Made by a program: the position numbers and the translations under genes. Source: a virus (lineage: Duplodnaviria > Caudoviricetes). From it: DNA of 64,000 bases. How positions within the stretch are numbered: position 1 is the first letter of the stretch; each line of letters opens with the position of its first letter. The notes beneath the pieces were generated by a model, which saw nothing but the letters and a program-made list of their open reading frames with translations, was not told the origin of the DNA and made no database searches. Shown here piece after piece: positions 1-9,206 of this stretch. Location: IMG/VR virus record IMGVR_UViG_3300032092_000001; one strand, written 5' to 3'.

Positions 1-130
1 ATTGAGCATTGTTTTTAAATCCAATTACTAATTTGCTAGTCGCAGTATCAAATTCCGCACTGTTAATATTTGACGACTCAACCTCACAAATAATTTTAGT
101 TCCATTGATAGTTTCTTTTTTGATTGCCAT
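1..130 (-). CDS. KTSC-domain protein (partial, runs off the window start)
   Basis: Manual translation MAIKKETINGTKIICEVESSNINSAEFDTATSKLVIGFKNNAQ matches the KTSC pattern (SSNI..xYD...L.V.F.N); not in ORF track. Confidence 0.65.
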   Translation of the reverse strand, partial: MAIKKETINGTKIICEVESSNINSAEFDTATSKLVIGFKNNAQ

Positions 131-213
131 ATTTTTTAATTTTATATCGTTAAACATAAACCAAAAATGTTGAATTTTAAATATTTTAATATTACACTTA
201 AAAAAAAATAGAT

Positions 214-2253
214 ATGATAGAATCCGCAGACGACAGTGCAAAAAATCCAAAAAAGGTTGAGACTTCATCCAATACTCCAGTTTTAGATAACTTTAGCCGA
301 GATTTAATAAAATTGGCTGAAGAAGGTAAATTAGACCCAGTTGTTGGTAGGGAGAATGAAATTCTAAGAATCGCTCAAATCCTTTCAAGAAGAAAGAAAA
401 ATAATCCAATTATTATTGGTGAACCTGGTTGTGGTAAAACCGCAATTGTTGAAGGCTTGGCAATGAAAATCTTTGAGGGTGATTGCCCAAGGAATCTTTT
501 AGATAAAAGAATTCTTTCATTGGAGATTAATTCAATTGTTGCTGGTACAAAATATCGCGGTCAATTTGAAGAGAGATTAAAGGTTATTTTGGAAGAAATA
601 CAATCAAACCCAAATGTAATATTATTCATTGATGAGATTCACACTATTGTAGGTGCAGGAAATGCATCAGGTTCATTAGACGCCTCAAATATTTTAAAAC
701 CAGCGTTATCAAGAGGTGAAATTCAATGTATTGGAGCAACAACTTTAGATGAGTATAAGAAACAAATTGAAAAGGACGGGGCATTAGATAGACGATTCCA
801 AAAAGTAGTAGTTAGTTCCTCAACCAAAGATGAAACCTTACAGATTTTAAAGAATGTTAAAGACAAATACGAAACTTACCATAGAGTTAGTTATCCTGAT
901 ACTATTCTTCAAATTTGTGTTGATTTGGCAGAACGTTATATCACCGACAGAGAATTTCCAGATAAAGCTTTTGATATTTTAGATGAAGTCGGAGCAAGAG
1001 CTCAAGTAGATGTTAAAAACCCTGAGATTATTGAGGACTTAAAAAAACAAGCTCAAGATATCCGTAATCAAAAATTACTTGTAGTTAAGAAGCAAAACTA
1101 CGAGGAAGCTGCGAATTTGAGGGATAAGGAAAAAAAGATTATGACTCAACTTGACACTGAGAAAAAGAAGTTTGAGCAAGAATTATTAAATAATAGAAAA
1201 GAAGTAATGGAAGATTTAGTCTATGAGGTAGTATCAACTATGACAAAAATACCTCTAACTAAATTAAGTTTGGATGATAAGAATGTTTTAATAAATCTTG
1301 AGGATGAATTATCTAAATCAGTTATCGGACAAGTAGAAGCGATTCAGAAAATTTCAAAATCAATTAGAAGAAATCGTTTAGGTATTAAAGACCCAAACAA
1401 ACCAATCGGTTCATTTATTTTCTTGGGGTCAACAGGTGTTGGTAAAACATTGTTGGCTAAGGAATTGGCAAAACAAATATTTGGAAGTGAAGATAATTTA
1501 ATCCGTGTTGACATGAGTGAATTCCAAGAGAAACATTCAGTGTCACGACTAATTGGTTCTCCTCCCGGATACGTTGGGTATGATGAGGGGGGTCAATTGA
1601 CCGAACAGGTTAAAACAAAACCATATTCAGTTGTATTATTTGATGAGGTAGAAAAGGCCCACAAAGATATTTTCTCAGCACTTCTTCAACTTTTAGATGA
1701 AGGGTATATGACCGACAGTTTTGGTAGAAAAATTAACTTCAAAAATTGTTTGATTATCATGACATCTAATTTAGGGGTTAAGAAAATGCAAGAATTTGGT
1801 AGTGGTATTGGATTTAGTAAAACTAATAACGTTTACGCAAATGAGGAGTTTAAGAAAAATATGTTAAATAAAGAACTAAAGACCCACTTCGCACCTGAGT
1901 TCATTAACCGATTAGATGAAGTCATCGTATTCAACACACTTCAAAATGAAGATGTTAAAAAAATTGTAGTGGTTGAGATGTCAAAATTAACTAAAAGATT
2001 AAATGATTTAGGTTATAAGATATTGTTTGATGAAAGTGTAATTGAATTTATCACTAAGGTTGGGTTTGATGATGTTTACGGAGCCCGTCCACTAAAGAGA
2101 GCAATTCAAGAAAAACTTGAGGACTTTATATCAGACGAAGTTCTTAGGGGAACTATCACTGAAGATAAAGAGTATCAAATATCAATTAAAGATGAATTAG
2201 TCCTAATTGATGAGATTAAGAAAAAAGTAACAAGAAAGAAAAAGGGAGAATAA
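214..2253 (+). CDS. clpC: ClpC-type Hsp100 AAA+ ATPase lacking the N-terminal Clp-repeat domain
   Basis: Two Walker A motifs (GEPGCGKT, GSTGVGKT), Walker B IDEIH and FDEVEK, short UVR-like middle coil (KQNYEEAANLRDKE), GARPLKRAIQ; only about 20 aa precede TPVLDNF. Confidence 0.9.
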   Translation: MIESADDSAKNPKKVETSSNTPVLDNFSRDLIKLAEEGKLDPVVGRENEILRIAQILSRRKKNNPIIIGEPGCGKTAIVEGLAMKIFEGDCPRNLLDKRILSLEINSIVAGTKYRGQFEERLKVILEEIQSNPNVILFIDEIHTIVGAGNASGSLDASNILKPALSRGEIQCIGATTLDEYKKQIEKDGALDRRFQKVVVSSSTKDETLQILKNVKDKYETYHRVSYPDTILQICVDLAERYITDREFPDKAFDILDEVGARAQVDVKNPEIIEDLKKQAQDIRNQKLLVVKKQNYEEAANLRDKEKKIMTQLDTEKKKFEQELLNNRKEVMEDLVYEVVSTMTKIPLTKLSLDDKNVLINLEDELSKSVIGQVEAIQKISKSIRRNRLGIKDPNKPIGSFIFLGSTGVGKTLLAKELAKQIFGSEDNLIRVDMSEFQEKHSVSRLIGSPPGYVGYDEGGQLTEQVKTKPYSVVLFDEVEKAHKDIFSALLQLLDEGYMTDSFGRKINFKNCLIIMTSNLGVKKMQEFGSGIGFSKTNNVYANEEFKKNMLNKELKTHFAPEFINRLDEVIVFNTLQNEDVKKIVVVEMSKLTKRLNDLGYKILFDESVIEFITKVGFDDVYGARPLKRAIQEKLEDFISDEVLRGTITEDKEYQISIKDELVLIDEIKKKVTRKKKGE

Positions 2254-2268
2254 ATCTCCCTTTTTTTT
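2239..2268. terminator. Bidirectional intrinsic terminator
   Basis: AAAAAGGGAGA-ATAAA-TCTCCCTTTTT hairpin between convergent genes. Confidence 0.8.
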
Positions 2269-2270
2269 AT

Positions 2271-3089
2271 TTAGAACATTCCTTTCGGATAATCTTGTTT
2301 GAATTTATACTTGGTATTCCCAAGTTCCTCAATCAGTTTCATACCCGACTTTACACCTGCAAATACTTCATCAACCACAACATATTCATTCTTTGTATGA
2401 TAACTGTGGTACCCCACAGAGATATTAATACATGAAAAATCAAATTGTTTCTTTAACTGCCAAACATCAGTAAATGGATGTTGCATAAATTTTGGTTCTG
2501 ATAACATATTTTCATTCAACACTTGTTTTGATGTGTTGTGAAATATAGAATCAGTTTCAAACAATTTAACACCATAACAATACTCTGTAACCATGTAATC
2601 ACCAGGAGCATCAAATTGAATTGCATAACCCACGTTACTAAAGAAATTCGCATCCGCACTTTTAGAACCAATACATCCAACTTCTTCAGATACAAAAAAT
2701 GCCGCTTTAATTACGTCAAACTCTTCCAATAGTTGCAAACATGCAAATACCCCACATTTGTCATCACCACCAATTCCTGTGGGTAGACCTTCGTCATTGT
2801 AAGCTTTTAGTGAAAAAGATTTCTCTCCTTTAGAGTTCGGTAGATATTCCTCACGGATATTAATTGTGTCAAGGTGATGTACCGTATCAGTGTGAGCTAC
2901 AACACATGGATAAGATTCTCCATCATTAATGGTTCCTTTTACTACATAGATATTCCCAAGTTCATCTATCTTATATTCATATCCTTTATCAAACAAATAG
3001 TTGATAAGATATTCAATCATTTCATCTTCTTGAAACGAATGGGTCGGTACAGATAGTACCGATTTAAGGAAATCTATATTTTCAATCAT
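2271..3089 (-). CDS. Zn-dependent exopeptidase, M20/M28/M42-like
   Basis: VAHTDTV, GGDDKCG, SEEVG, FD and GYH metal-ligand motifs; upstream TATATTTG promoter (caaatata at about 3095). Confidence 0.75.
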   Translation of the reverse strand: MIENIDFLKSVLSVPTHSFQEDEMIEYLINYLFDKGYEYKIDELGNIYVVKGTINDGESYPCVVAHTDTVHHLDTINIREEYLPNSKGEKSFSLKAYNDEGLPTGIGGDDKCGVFACLQLLEEFDVIKAAFFVSEEVGCIGSKSADANFFSNVGYAIQFDAPGDYMVTEYCYGVKLFETDSIFHNTSKQVLNENMLSEPKFMQHPFTDVWQLKKQFDFSCINISVGYHSYHTKNEYVVVDEVFAGVKSGMKLIEELGNTKYKFKQDYPKGMF

Positions 3090-3109
3090 AACGACAAATA
3101 TAGTAAAGA

Positions 3110-4180
3110 TTATGATTCAAACAATGTTGGATGGTATAAATAATTTAAAAAATTATCGTATGTAAATGTCCTTTTTTTACTCATATAAGTATTTCTATCC
3201 CTTTCGTGTAGAATAATATGCCCGTTAACTACATCAACCACTTTAAATTCCATATTGGACTCCTTACCAAAATTCTTTCTTGATGGAATTTTAGTCCAAT
3301 TACCTAACTGAATACCTAATTTATCTAATTGTTTATATACTTCAGCATTTTTAGTTAATTCTCCTTCCTCATTCATTTCCTCAACTTTCTCCTCAATCTT
3401 ATCTAATTGTCTACTAACTTCTTTTTGGAAACCTTCGTTATCAAAGTTCATATCATCGTAATAAGCGTAATAATCTTCGTATAAATCTTCATCTAAACCT
3501 AAATCATGGTCTTTAACAAATTTCTTCAATACTTCTAATAAATTATCATCTTCACCAGAGTTTGTTTTTTTCCAAAATGAAATTAATAAATTAACTGTGG
3601 TAAAATATTTGTAAGCACAAGTTTTTTCATAAATCCCATAATCATCAAATTTTTTACAAAATTTATTATCTAAATACTGTCTAAGTCCACTAACTAACGC
3701 ATCGTCAAATTTTGCGGCGTAGTCATAAACTATCTCAGATATTTCTCTATCAAAAGTATCTTGCATGAACTCAAAAACTTTTCTATTGTTTTCATCTTTC
3801 AAATACTCTGAATAAAGAGTTGGATTTACTTGTCTTAATAACTCCTCAAATTTGGTTTTATTTTCTTCACTAAAGTATCTAATTAGATAGCCTTCTTTCC
3901 AATCATCTTGCATTGAATACGAATCTATAAAAACATAATCTCCGCCATAATAATTACTAAACACAACATTAAGTAGATATGAATTATTCGTATCTTCATC
4001 TTTGTTAGTGAATATACTAAGGTAATCGTCTTTGTCAAAAGTTAGAGTAACTAATGACTTACCAAGATTTTCAGAGTTAACTCTACTAACTTTAATGATT
4101 CCATCTTCGTCCAAGTATTCTAATTGTCTTGAATCAATTTTACCTTCGGAAAACTCTTTTAACGCATCTAATAATGACAT
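3110..4180 (-). CDS. Hypothetical acidic protein
   Basis: 356-aa ORF with TATTTAT upstream; no recognised domain. Confidence 0.75.
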   Translation of the reverse strand: MSLLDALKEFSEGKIDSRQLEYLDEDGIIKVSRVNSENLGKSLVTLTFDKDDYLSIFTNKDEDTNNSYLLNVVFSNYYGGDYVFIDSYSMQDDWKEGYLIRYFSEENKTKFEELLRQVNPTLYSEYLKDENNRKVFEFMQDTFDREISEIVYDYAAKFDDALVSGLRQYLDNKFCKKFDDYGIYEKTCAYKYFTTVNLLISFWKKTNSGEDDNLLEVLKKFVKDHDLGLDEDLYEDYYAYYDDMNFDNEGFQKEVSRQLDKIEEKVEEMNEEGELTKNAEVYKQLDKLGIQLGNWTKIPSRKNFGKESNMEFKVVDVVNGHIILHERDRNTYMSKKRTFTYDNFLNYLYHPTLFES

Positions 4181-4201
4181 AAAAACTTTTTATTATAAAT
4201 A

Positions 4202-4233
4202 CTTGTGTATTAGAGAATATATTTATATCTTTG
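4202..4233 (+). promoter_or_regulatory. Bacteroidota sigmaA-type promoter overlapping a TATTTAT motif, upstream of tmRNA
   Basis: TATCTTTG at 4226-4233 (TAnnTTTG consensus); TATTTAT at 4220-4226. Confidence 0.7.
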
Positions 4234-4254
4234 TATCATAGTTCTTTGATTTAT

Positions 4255-4647
4255 GGGGATGTTTTTGGCTTTGACAGGAATGGATTTGTCATAAAACGCA
4301 CGTCGGGGCTAAGCTAACCCTGTAGAACTGGCTTAAATAGTAAACGGCAACGTTATCAACAAACTTTCTTCAATCGGTTTAATCCGTACTGAAGAAGTAT
4401 CTGTAGCTTAATCTAGGATTAACCTACTAGGGGTCGGCAGACATACAACCTTGCAACAGAAGTCGTAGTAGTGGTGTGGTTTCTACCCAAAAAGAAACAA
4501 GTGGAGGATTAGTTCTCAGTAAACCGAACCACTATAAAATAAGGGAATTGTGAAGTTTCGGATTGTTTAGAAAAACAATGACCTAAGCGTGTAGTGTTTT
4601 ATGGTAGACATTTTTGGACCCGGGTTCGACCCCCGGCATCTCCACCA
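4255..4647 (+). ncRNA. ssrA: tmRNA
   Basis: 5' GGGGATG pairs with 3' CATCTCC-ACCA including the G3.U Ala determinant; T-arm CCGGGTTCGACCCCCGG; internal tag frame; followed by terminator. Confidence 0.93.
4346..4411 (+). other. tmRNA tag reading frame (A)GNVINKLSSIGLIRTEEVSVA*
   Basis: Resume codon inferred as GGC after TAAAC; open to TAA at 4409-4411. Confidence 0.7.
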
Positions 4648-4651
4648 AATA

Positions 4652-4676
4652 ATAAAGGGACTTAATGTCCCTTTAT
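4652..4676. terminator. Bidirectional terminator
   Basis: ATAAAGGGAC-TTAAT-GTCCCTTTAT. Confidence 0.8.
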
Positions 4677-5504
4677 TTATTTTATAATTTTTTTCTTTTT
4701 TTGAATGTCTTCAAATAGCGAATCTTTAGCTGTAGATATTAAATCTTTTAATTTAAACCCAGCTATGGATATTTCCCCTGTATTATCTTTACTAACAGAA
4801 TCTCCACCAAATAAATTAGTTACCTCTTGTGTAAATTTTTCTCCGTCGTTATCTAAATCTAAATTTGCAATAAAACCTAACCCAAAAATATTTAAAATTT
4901 TAGATAATTTATCAGTGTTCTGTATTGGGGTTTCTTCAGTATCATCAAATTTGATATTACCTAAAGAACTTTCATCATAATTAGTTTTACAAAAACTATC
5001 AACATGTCTACTTTCATCTTTTGCAACTTCAGAATATGATAAATGAAAATGTCCTCCAGTTGAGTGAGCACTTGGATGTCTATACTCATCAATAAATGTA
5101 AACCCATTCATCTCATTTCTGGCCGAACATAAAATAATTGATATTTCATCTAAGGTTTTATTTTTATCTGAACCCCCACCACTAAATGTCACATCAATTG
5201 CATTTCCTTTTGTATGTCGACTATTGCCGAATTTTCTATGGAAATTATCGTTACCTGAACCAAATGTGAATTTAATATCCGGTAAATTTTCTTTAAAAGA
5301 TTTTGCAACTTTTTTAATTATATCCGCAAATTTGGAAGTCAGGTCTCCATAATCATCCATATTTGATTGTGTTTTATAACCTAATCCCGAAAGATAACTT
5401 TTCAAATTATTCGCATTAACATGGTTTTCCATAGACTCATTAATTTTCTCAATACCTGAGTTTTTTTTAAAGCTGTATATTTCCTCTAATAATTCTTTTT
5501 GCAT
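4677..5504 (-). CDS. Peptidase M15 (LAS/Hedgehog-DD-peptidase fold) putative peptidoglycan hydrolase
   Basis: SRHTKGNAID and HFH motifs; start moved to MQKELLEEIY after the palindromic promoter. Confidence 0.7.
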   Translation of the reverse strand: MQKELLEEIYSFKKNSGIEKINESMENHVNANNLKSYLSGLGYKTQSNMDDYGDLTSKFADIIKKVAKSFKENLPDIKFTFGSGNDNFHRKFGNSRHTKGNAIDVTFSGGGSDKNKTLDEISIILCSARNEMNGFTFIDEYRHPSAHSTGGHFHLSYSEVAKDESRHVDSFCKTNYDESSLGNIKFDDTEETPIQNTDKLSKILNIFGLGFIANLDLDNDGEKFTQEVTNLFGGDSVSKDNTGEISIAGFKLKDLISTAKDSLFEDIQKKKKIIK

Positions 5505-5517
5505 ATTTATAAATATG
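5502..5517. promoter_or_regulatory. Palindromic bidirectional TATTTATAAATA element between head-to-head start codons
   Basis: Perfect 16-bp palindrome CATATTTATAAATATG containing both ATGs. Confidence 0.7.
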
Positions 5518-6285
5518 GATAAAAATAAATTAATCTCACTGTCAAATAGATTAGGGAGAACTATTCTAAAGAAATATTCGGGTAAAATGAAACCTGGAGA
5601 TGCATATAATGAACTAAGAAAGGAAGAACAATATAGTTTTTTATTTAAACAACCAAATGGGCACATTGTTATTATCTGTTTTTTAGTTTCAATACCTGAA
5701 AGTCAAAGAGAGACTCAATTTGATAATATAGTGTCAAATTTATTCACATTTACATATTATACAATTGAATCTGACGAAGTTGATGAGGAGTGTGGTGATT
5801 GTTACGGTAATGGAACGGTCGATTGTAGTAATTGTGATGGTAATGGTAAGGTTGATTGTGATGAATGTGGGGGTGATGGTGAAGATTCAGATGGTGATAC
5901 TTGTAACAGATGTGATGGTGAAGGTGATTTTGAATGTGACTATTGTGGTAGTAGTGGACAAGAGACTTGTGACAGATGTGACGGACAAGGTTATATCAAA
6001 TTAGACGATACTTATGAAATTGAACAGTATTATTGCACATCATACGACCCAAATATACTTGAAGTTTGTGAAATGTATGACGAAGATGAGATTGTGGTAT
6101 CAGGTGATATTAATACTATTGAGAATAGAAAAAAAACAATAGTATTATATACCGATACGAGAAATATTGAGGAAAACAGTGAGTTATATAGGGGTGATAT
6201 CCATTTTTACGAATATAATAGGGACCCTGAATTTTATGGTAACGGTAACTATATTTCCGACACCCACATTAATGATAAAGATTAA
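5515..6285 (+). CDS. DnaJ-type Cys-rich zinc-finger protein without a J domain
   Basis: Six CxxCxGxG-type motifs; no HPD motif. Confidence 0.7.
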   Translation: MDKNKLISLSNRLGRTILKKYSGKMKPGDAYNELRKEEQYSFLFKQPNGHIVIICFLVSIPESQRETQFDNIVSNLFTFTYYTIESDEVDEECGDCYGNGTVDCSNCDGNGKVDCDECGGDGEDSDGDTCNRCDGEGDFECDYCGSSGQETCDRCDGQGYIKLDDTYEIEQYYCTSYDPNILEVCEMYDEDEIVVSGDINTIENRKKTIVLYTDTRNIEENSELYRGDIHFYEYNRDPEFYGNGNYISDTHINDKD

Positions 6286-6312
6286 AAAAAGAGGACTTTT
6301 GTCCTCTTTTTT
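6285..6312. terminator. Bidirectional terminator
   Basis: AAAAAAGAGGAC-TTTT-GTCCTCTTTTTT. Confidence 0.8.
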
Positions 6313-6316
6313 ATTA

Positions 6317-6393
6317 TGGTACCCCCGACAGGATTCAAACCTGTGACCGCAAAATTAGAAATTTTGTGCTCTGTTCTGCTGAGCTACGGAGGC
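6317..6393 (-). tRNA. trnR: tRNA-Arg(UCU), encoded CCA
   Basis: GCCTCCGTAGCTCAG...CAAAA-TT-TCT-AA-TTTTG...GGTTTGAATCC...GGGGGTACCA; T-loop is TTTGAAT rather than TTCGAAT. Confidence 0.85.
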
Positions 6394-6608
6394 ATTTATC
6401 TGTTACAAATATAGACAAAATTTGTTACAAAATCAAATCTTTTTTACGACGTATCTATATCCCGAATCGGAATTCATCTGAAGAATGTTTTTAAAATCTT
6501 CAGCTTTAACTTCAGTGTCAAACTCTAAAACCTCATCTTGTGAATTAAGAATTATAACAGGTAATTCTTTTTTATCTAACTTAATATATTTTATAATACA
6601 ATACATAA

Positions 6609-6836
6609 TTAATAACCGAAATGTGTCCCACTAAAATTATCCCAAGGGTCCTCAACGTGGATTTGTTTTTTATCTTCTTTTATAATTTTACAACCTCTAC
6701 TAATTAAAAAATCAGGAGTATTTTTAAATTCTTTCCAAGTATCAAAGTCCTTTAGTTCTTCAATCAATTCTAATGGAATTAATATACTATCAACTTCTTG
6801 ATTAAATAATACTTTGTTTTTGTCACTTGGGAACAT
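6609..6836 (-). CDS. Hypothetical protein
   Basis: 75-aa ORF with coding-like composition. Confidence 0.55.
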   Translation of the reverse strand: MFPSDKNKVLFNQEVDSILIPLELIEELKDFDTWKEFKNTPDFLISRGCKIIKEDKKQIHVEDPWDNFSGTHFGY

Positions 6837-6951
6837 AATTAAATATGAATATTTTTTTGGTTAATGTCAACTTACAGATATAAATAATTAGAGAATTTTT
6901 TTTGACTAAAAAAGTTTGGTTTTTTGTCAATTAATATTTAATTTTGTTACT

Positions 6952-7443
6952 ATGATACAAGGAGTATTAGTTTTAAATGCGGATTATAACCCAATCAATG
7001 TAACATCCCTACAAAGGGGATTTAATTTGGTATATAAGGGTAAAGCTGAGATTGTTAAATCGGCTGATAATCCTATTGTGTCAAGTTTTGGTAAATTTGT
7101 TCGTCCGTTAATTATCCGTTTATTAAACTATGTATCGGTTAAATCAAGAAAGATAAGAGTTAATCGTAATAGAATAATGAGACGTGATGGTTATACTTGT
7201 GTATATTGTGGAAGTAAGAAAAATTTAACCATTGACCACATTATACCCAAATCAAAAGGGGGTGATAATACTTGGAAGAATTTGGTTACCTGTTGTTCTC
7301 CTTGTAATTTGAAAAAAGGGGATAAGTCACTTGAGGAGATTGGAATGAAGTTAATAAAAAAACCCACAGAACCTAATATATTTTCAGATGCTGTGGGTCA
7401 GGGACTTCAAAAGATTTGGCAAGATTACCAAAACAACTTTTAA
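6952..7443 (+). CDS. HNH endonuclease (McrA-like, VLVLNA..P family)
   Basis: RDGYTCVYCG, TIDHIIPKSKGG, TWKNLVTCCSPCN.KKG. Confidence 0.85.
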   Translation: MIQGVLVLNADYNPINVTSLQRGFNLVYKGKAEIVKSADNPIVSSFGKFVRPLIIRLLNYVSVKSRKIRVNRNRIMRRDGYTCVYCGSKKNLTIDHIIPKSKGGDNTWKNLVTCCSPCNLKKGDKSLEEIGMKLIKKPTEPNIFSDAVGQGLQKIWQDYQNNF

Positions 7444-9206
7444 AATTCTGCTATTTTACTTGATAACTTATCAATAAAAGACTGCTTAACTTCATTTGAA
7501 GTTCTCTCAACATTTTGTCTTGCTGAGTCTAAAACTGAAGTTAATCTATTTGCAATTTTAAATTTAACGTCATCCATTGTAGACCTCATTTTGTTTACGG
7601 TGGATGATTTTAACATACTTTCTAAACTATCATCAGTTACATTATCAGACTCAATACTTTTGTCAATTGCCGAACTAATTTTATCAGCAACAAACGTTGG
7701 GTCGGACAATAATCTTGTAACCTCTGAATCAGGCACACTATTTAATTCATTAGTGATTTCAATTCCAATCTTAGAAGAAGGTTCTACTTTAAGTTCTCTT
7801 AGAATGTGATTGATTGTTTGTTCTTTCATCTTTGACTCATTCCCTAAAAATAAACTGTTAAATGCTTTCTCAAAAGTCGCTTCAATGTTCTCAGTTATAA
7901 TTCCATTAGAATTTTGTAATGATTTTGTATGTTCCATTATTTGAGTTAAGAATTTTCTATAGTTTTGTGAATAGAAGTTCTCAGCGATTTCATTTAATGA
8001 TTTTTTGTGTATTTCAACTTTAAGAGATTTAACCATCTTAGTTTCAACCAATTTAGTTCTTAAAGAATTTTCAATAGATTTCATTTTATTTTCAGTTAAT
8101 TTATTTGCAGTTCTACTTGACAAATTAATTGCCCAATCACGGTCCGCGATTCTTTGGAACTTTCTTATTTTATTGGTTAATCCAGGATGATATTTCACAC
8201 AATAAAAAACTGCGTCTTTGGTTGAGTTCATTTTATTTATGAAATTATTTCTTGTCATTCCATAACTGTCAGTATCATATTTGTTATATGCACTATCATA
8301 CATGTCAAGCAAATCTTTACACGCACTTCTTTCAGGTTGTTTAGCTCCTGTCTTAGACAATAATGACATGATATTAGTACCCTTATCAAACAAATTACTT
8401 AATTCGGCAATTACAGGTGCTCCTGATTCTATTTTTTGATAATCGGAAACAACACTATCTTGTTTACCTTGTTGGTATACATTATTGTACCAAAAATCAA
8501 ATGCTTCTTTATAGACAACTTTTTTATCCTTACCCATAAATGAGTCTCTTTTTGTTGCCATGTATTTAACTAAAGGACTCTGATGAATTGGGTCAGTTGT
8601 AATATATGGTTGAGATTCAATTGAACCGCATAATCCATGTAAAACTCCACCAGGACTAAAATAAAACTTCTTTGAGTTTATCCAATTGATAAATTCAGAA
8701 ACACTACTTTCAATTCCGTATGTCTCAAAATAGTTCCCACTAGTCCATTTATCATCACAATTAATTTGTAATTTTGATGGTGTAGTTGTTGTTTGATTTG
8801 TCCCACCACCTTGCTGAGTTGTGTTTGTTTGATTGGACCCTCCAGTACTTTGTTGAGATGATGGTTTATTAATCTCATCTTGATATATTTTACCGAACTC
8901 TTTCCACGCCTTTCTAATACAACTATTATCAGGTTTACCTGTTACAGATAAAGAAGAACCGTCATCACATTTAAAATCTGAATTATTTTTTTTCATCCAT
9001 CCTCTAAACTCATTACCTTTAGTATCATCTAATCCTGTCGCTGGATATGATGAACCTCCTCCACCACCTCCTGATGTTTTTTTCTTCGCATACCATTTAC
9101 CGTCAGCACCCTTTCTAACAGTATGAGTTCCAGCAGCATCTAATTGAGCTGCTTTATTTTTACTTACTTCTTCTTCACCTGATTTGGCCGGTTCATTTAA
9201 CATCAT
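7440..9206 (-). CDS. Large hypothetical protein, possible virion/ejection protein
   Basis: 588 aa, Gly/Gln/Thr low-complexity linkers, F-R-x-W...L-S-x-TG...N module shared with 10702..13056, LTE/ITE motifs near the C-terminal domain. Confidence 0.7.
   Translation of the reverse strand: MMLNEPAKSGEEEVSKNKAAQLDAAGTHTVRKGADGKWYAKKKTSGGGGGGSSYPATGLDDTKGNEFRGWMKKNNSDFKCDDGSSLSVTGKPDNSCIRKAWKEFGKIYQDEINKPSSQQSTGGSNQTNTTQQGGGTNQTTTTPSKLQINCDDKWTSGNYFETYGIESSVSEFINWINSKKFYFSPGGVLHGLCGSIESQPYITTDPIHQSPLVKYMATKRDSFMGKDKKVVYKEAFDFWYNNVYQQGKQDSVVSDYQKIESGAPVIAELSNLFDKGTNIMSLLSKTGAKQPERSACKDLLDMYDSAYNKYDTDSYGMTRNNFINKMNSTKDAVFYCVKYHPGLTNKIRKFQRIADRDWAINLSSRTANKLTENKMKSIENSLRTKLVETKMVKSLKVEIHKKSLNEIAENFYSQNYRKFLTQIMEHTKSLQNSNGIITENIEATFEKAFNSLFLGNESKMKEQTINHILRELKVEPSSKIGIEITNELNSVPDSEVTRLLSDPTFVADKISSAIDKSIESDNVTDDSLESMLKSSTVNKMRSTMDDVKFKIANRLTSVLDSARQNVERTSNEVKQSFIDKLSSKIAEF

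Noticed and set aside
214-2253. ClpB disaggregase
   Set aside because: The middle domain is the short UVR-type coil and a GF loop is present, which fits ClpC rather than ClpB's long M-domain.
6317-6393. tRNA pseudogene because of the TTTGAAT T-loop and G.U pairs in the acceptor stem
   Set aside because: All arms pair, the anticodon loop is 7 nt, CCA is encoded and a host-type promoter lies upstream; kept as a likely functional tRNA.
6952-7443. HNH as an intron-encoded homing endonuclease
   Set aside because: Free-standing between a small ORF and a convergent gene; no interrupted host gene or intron structure seen.
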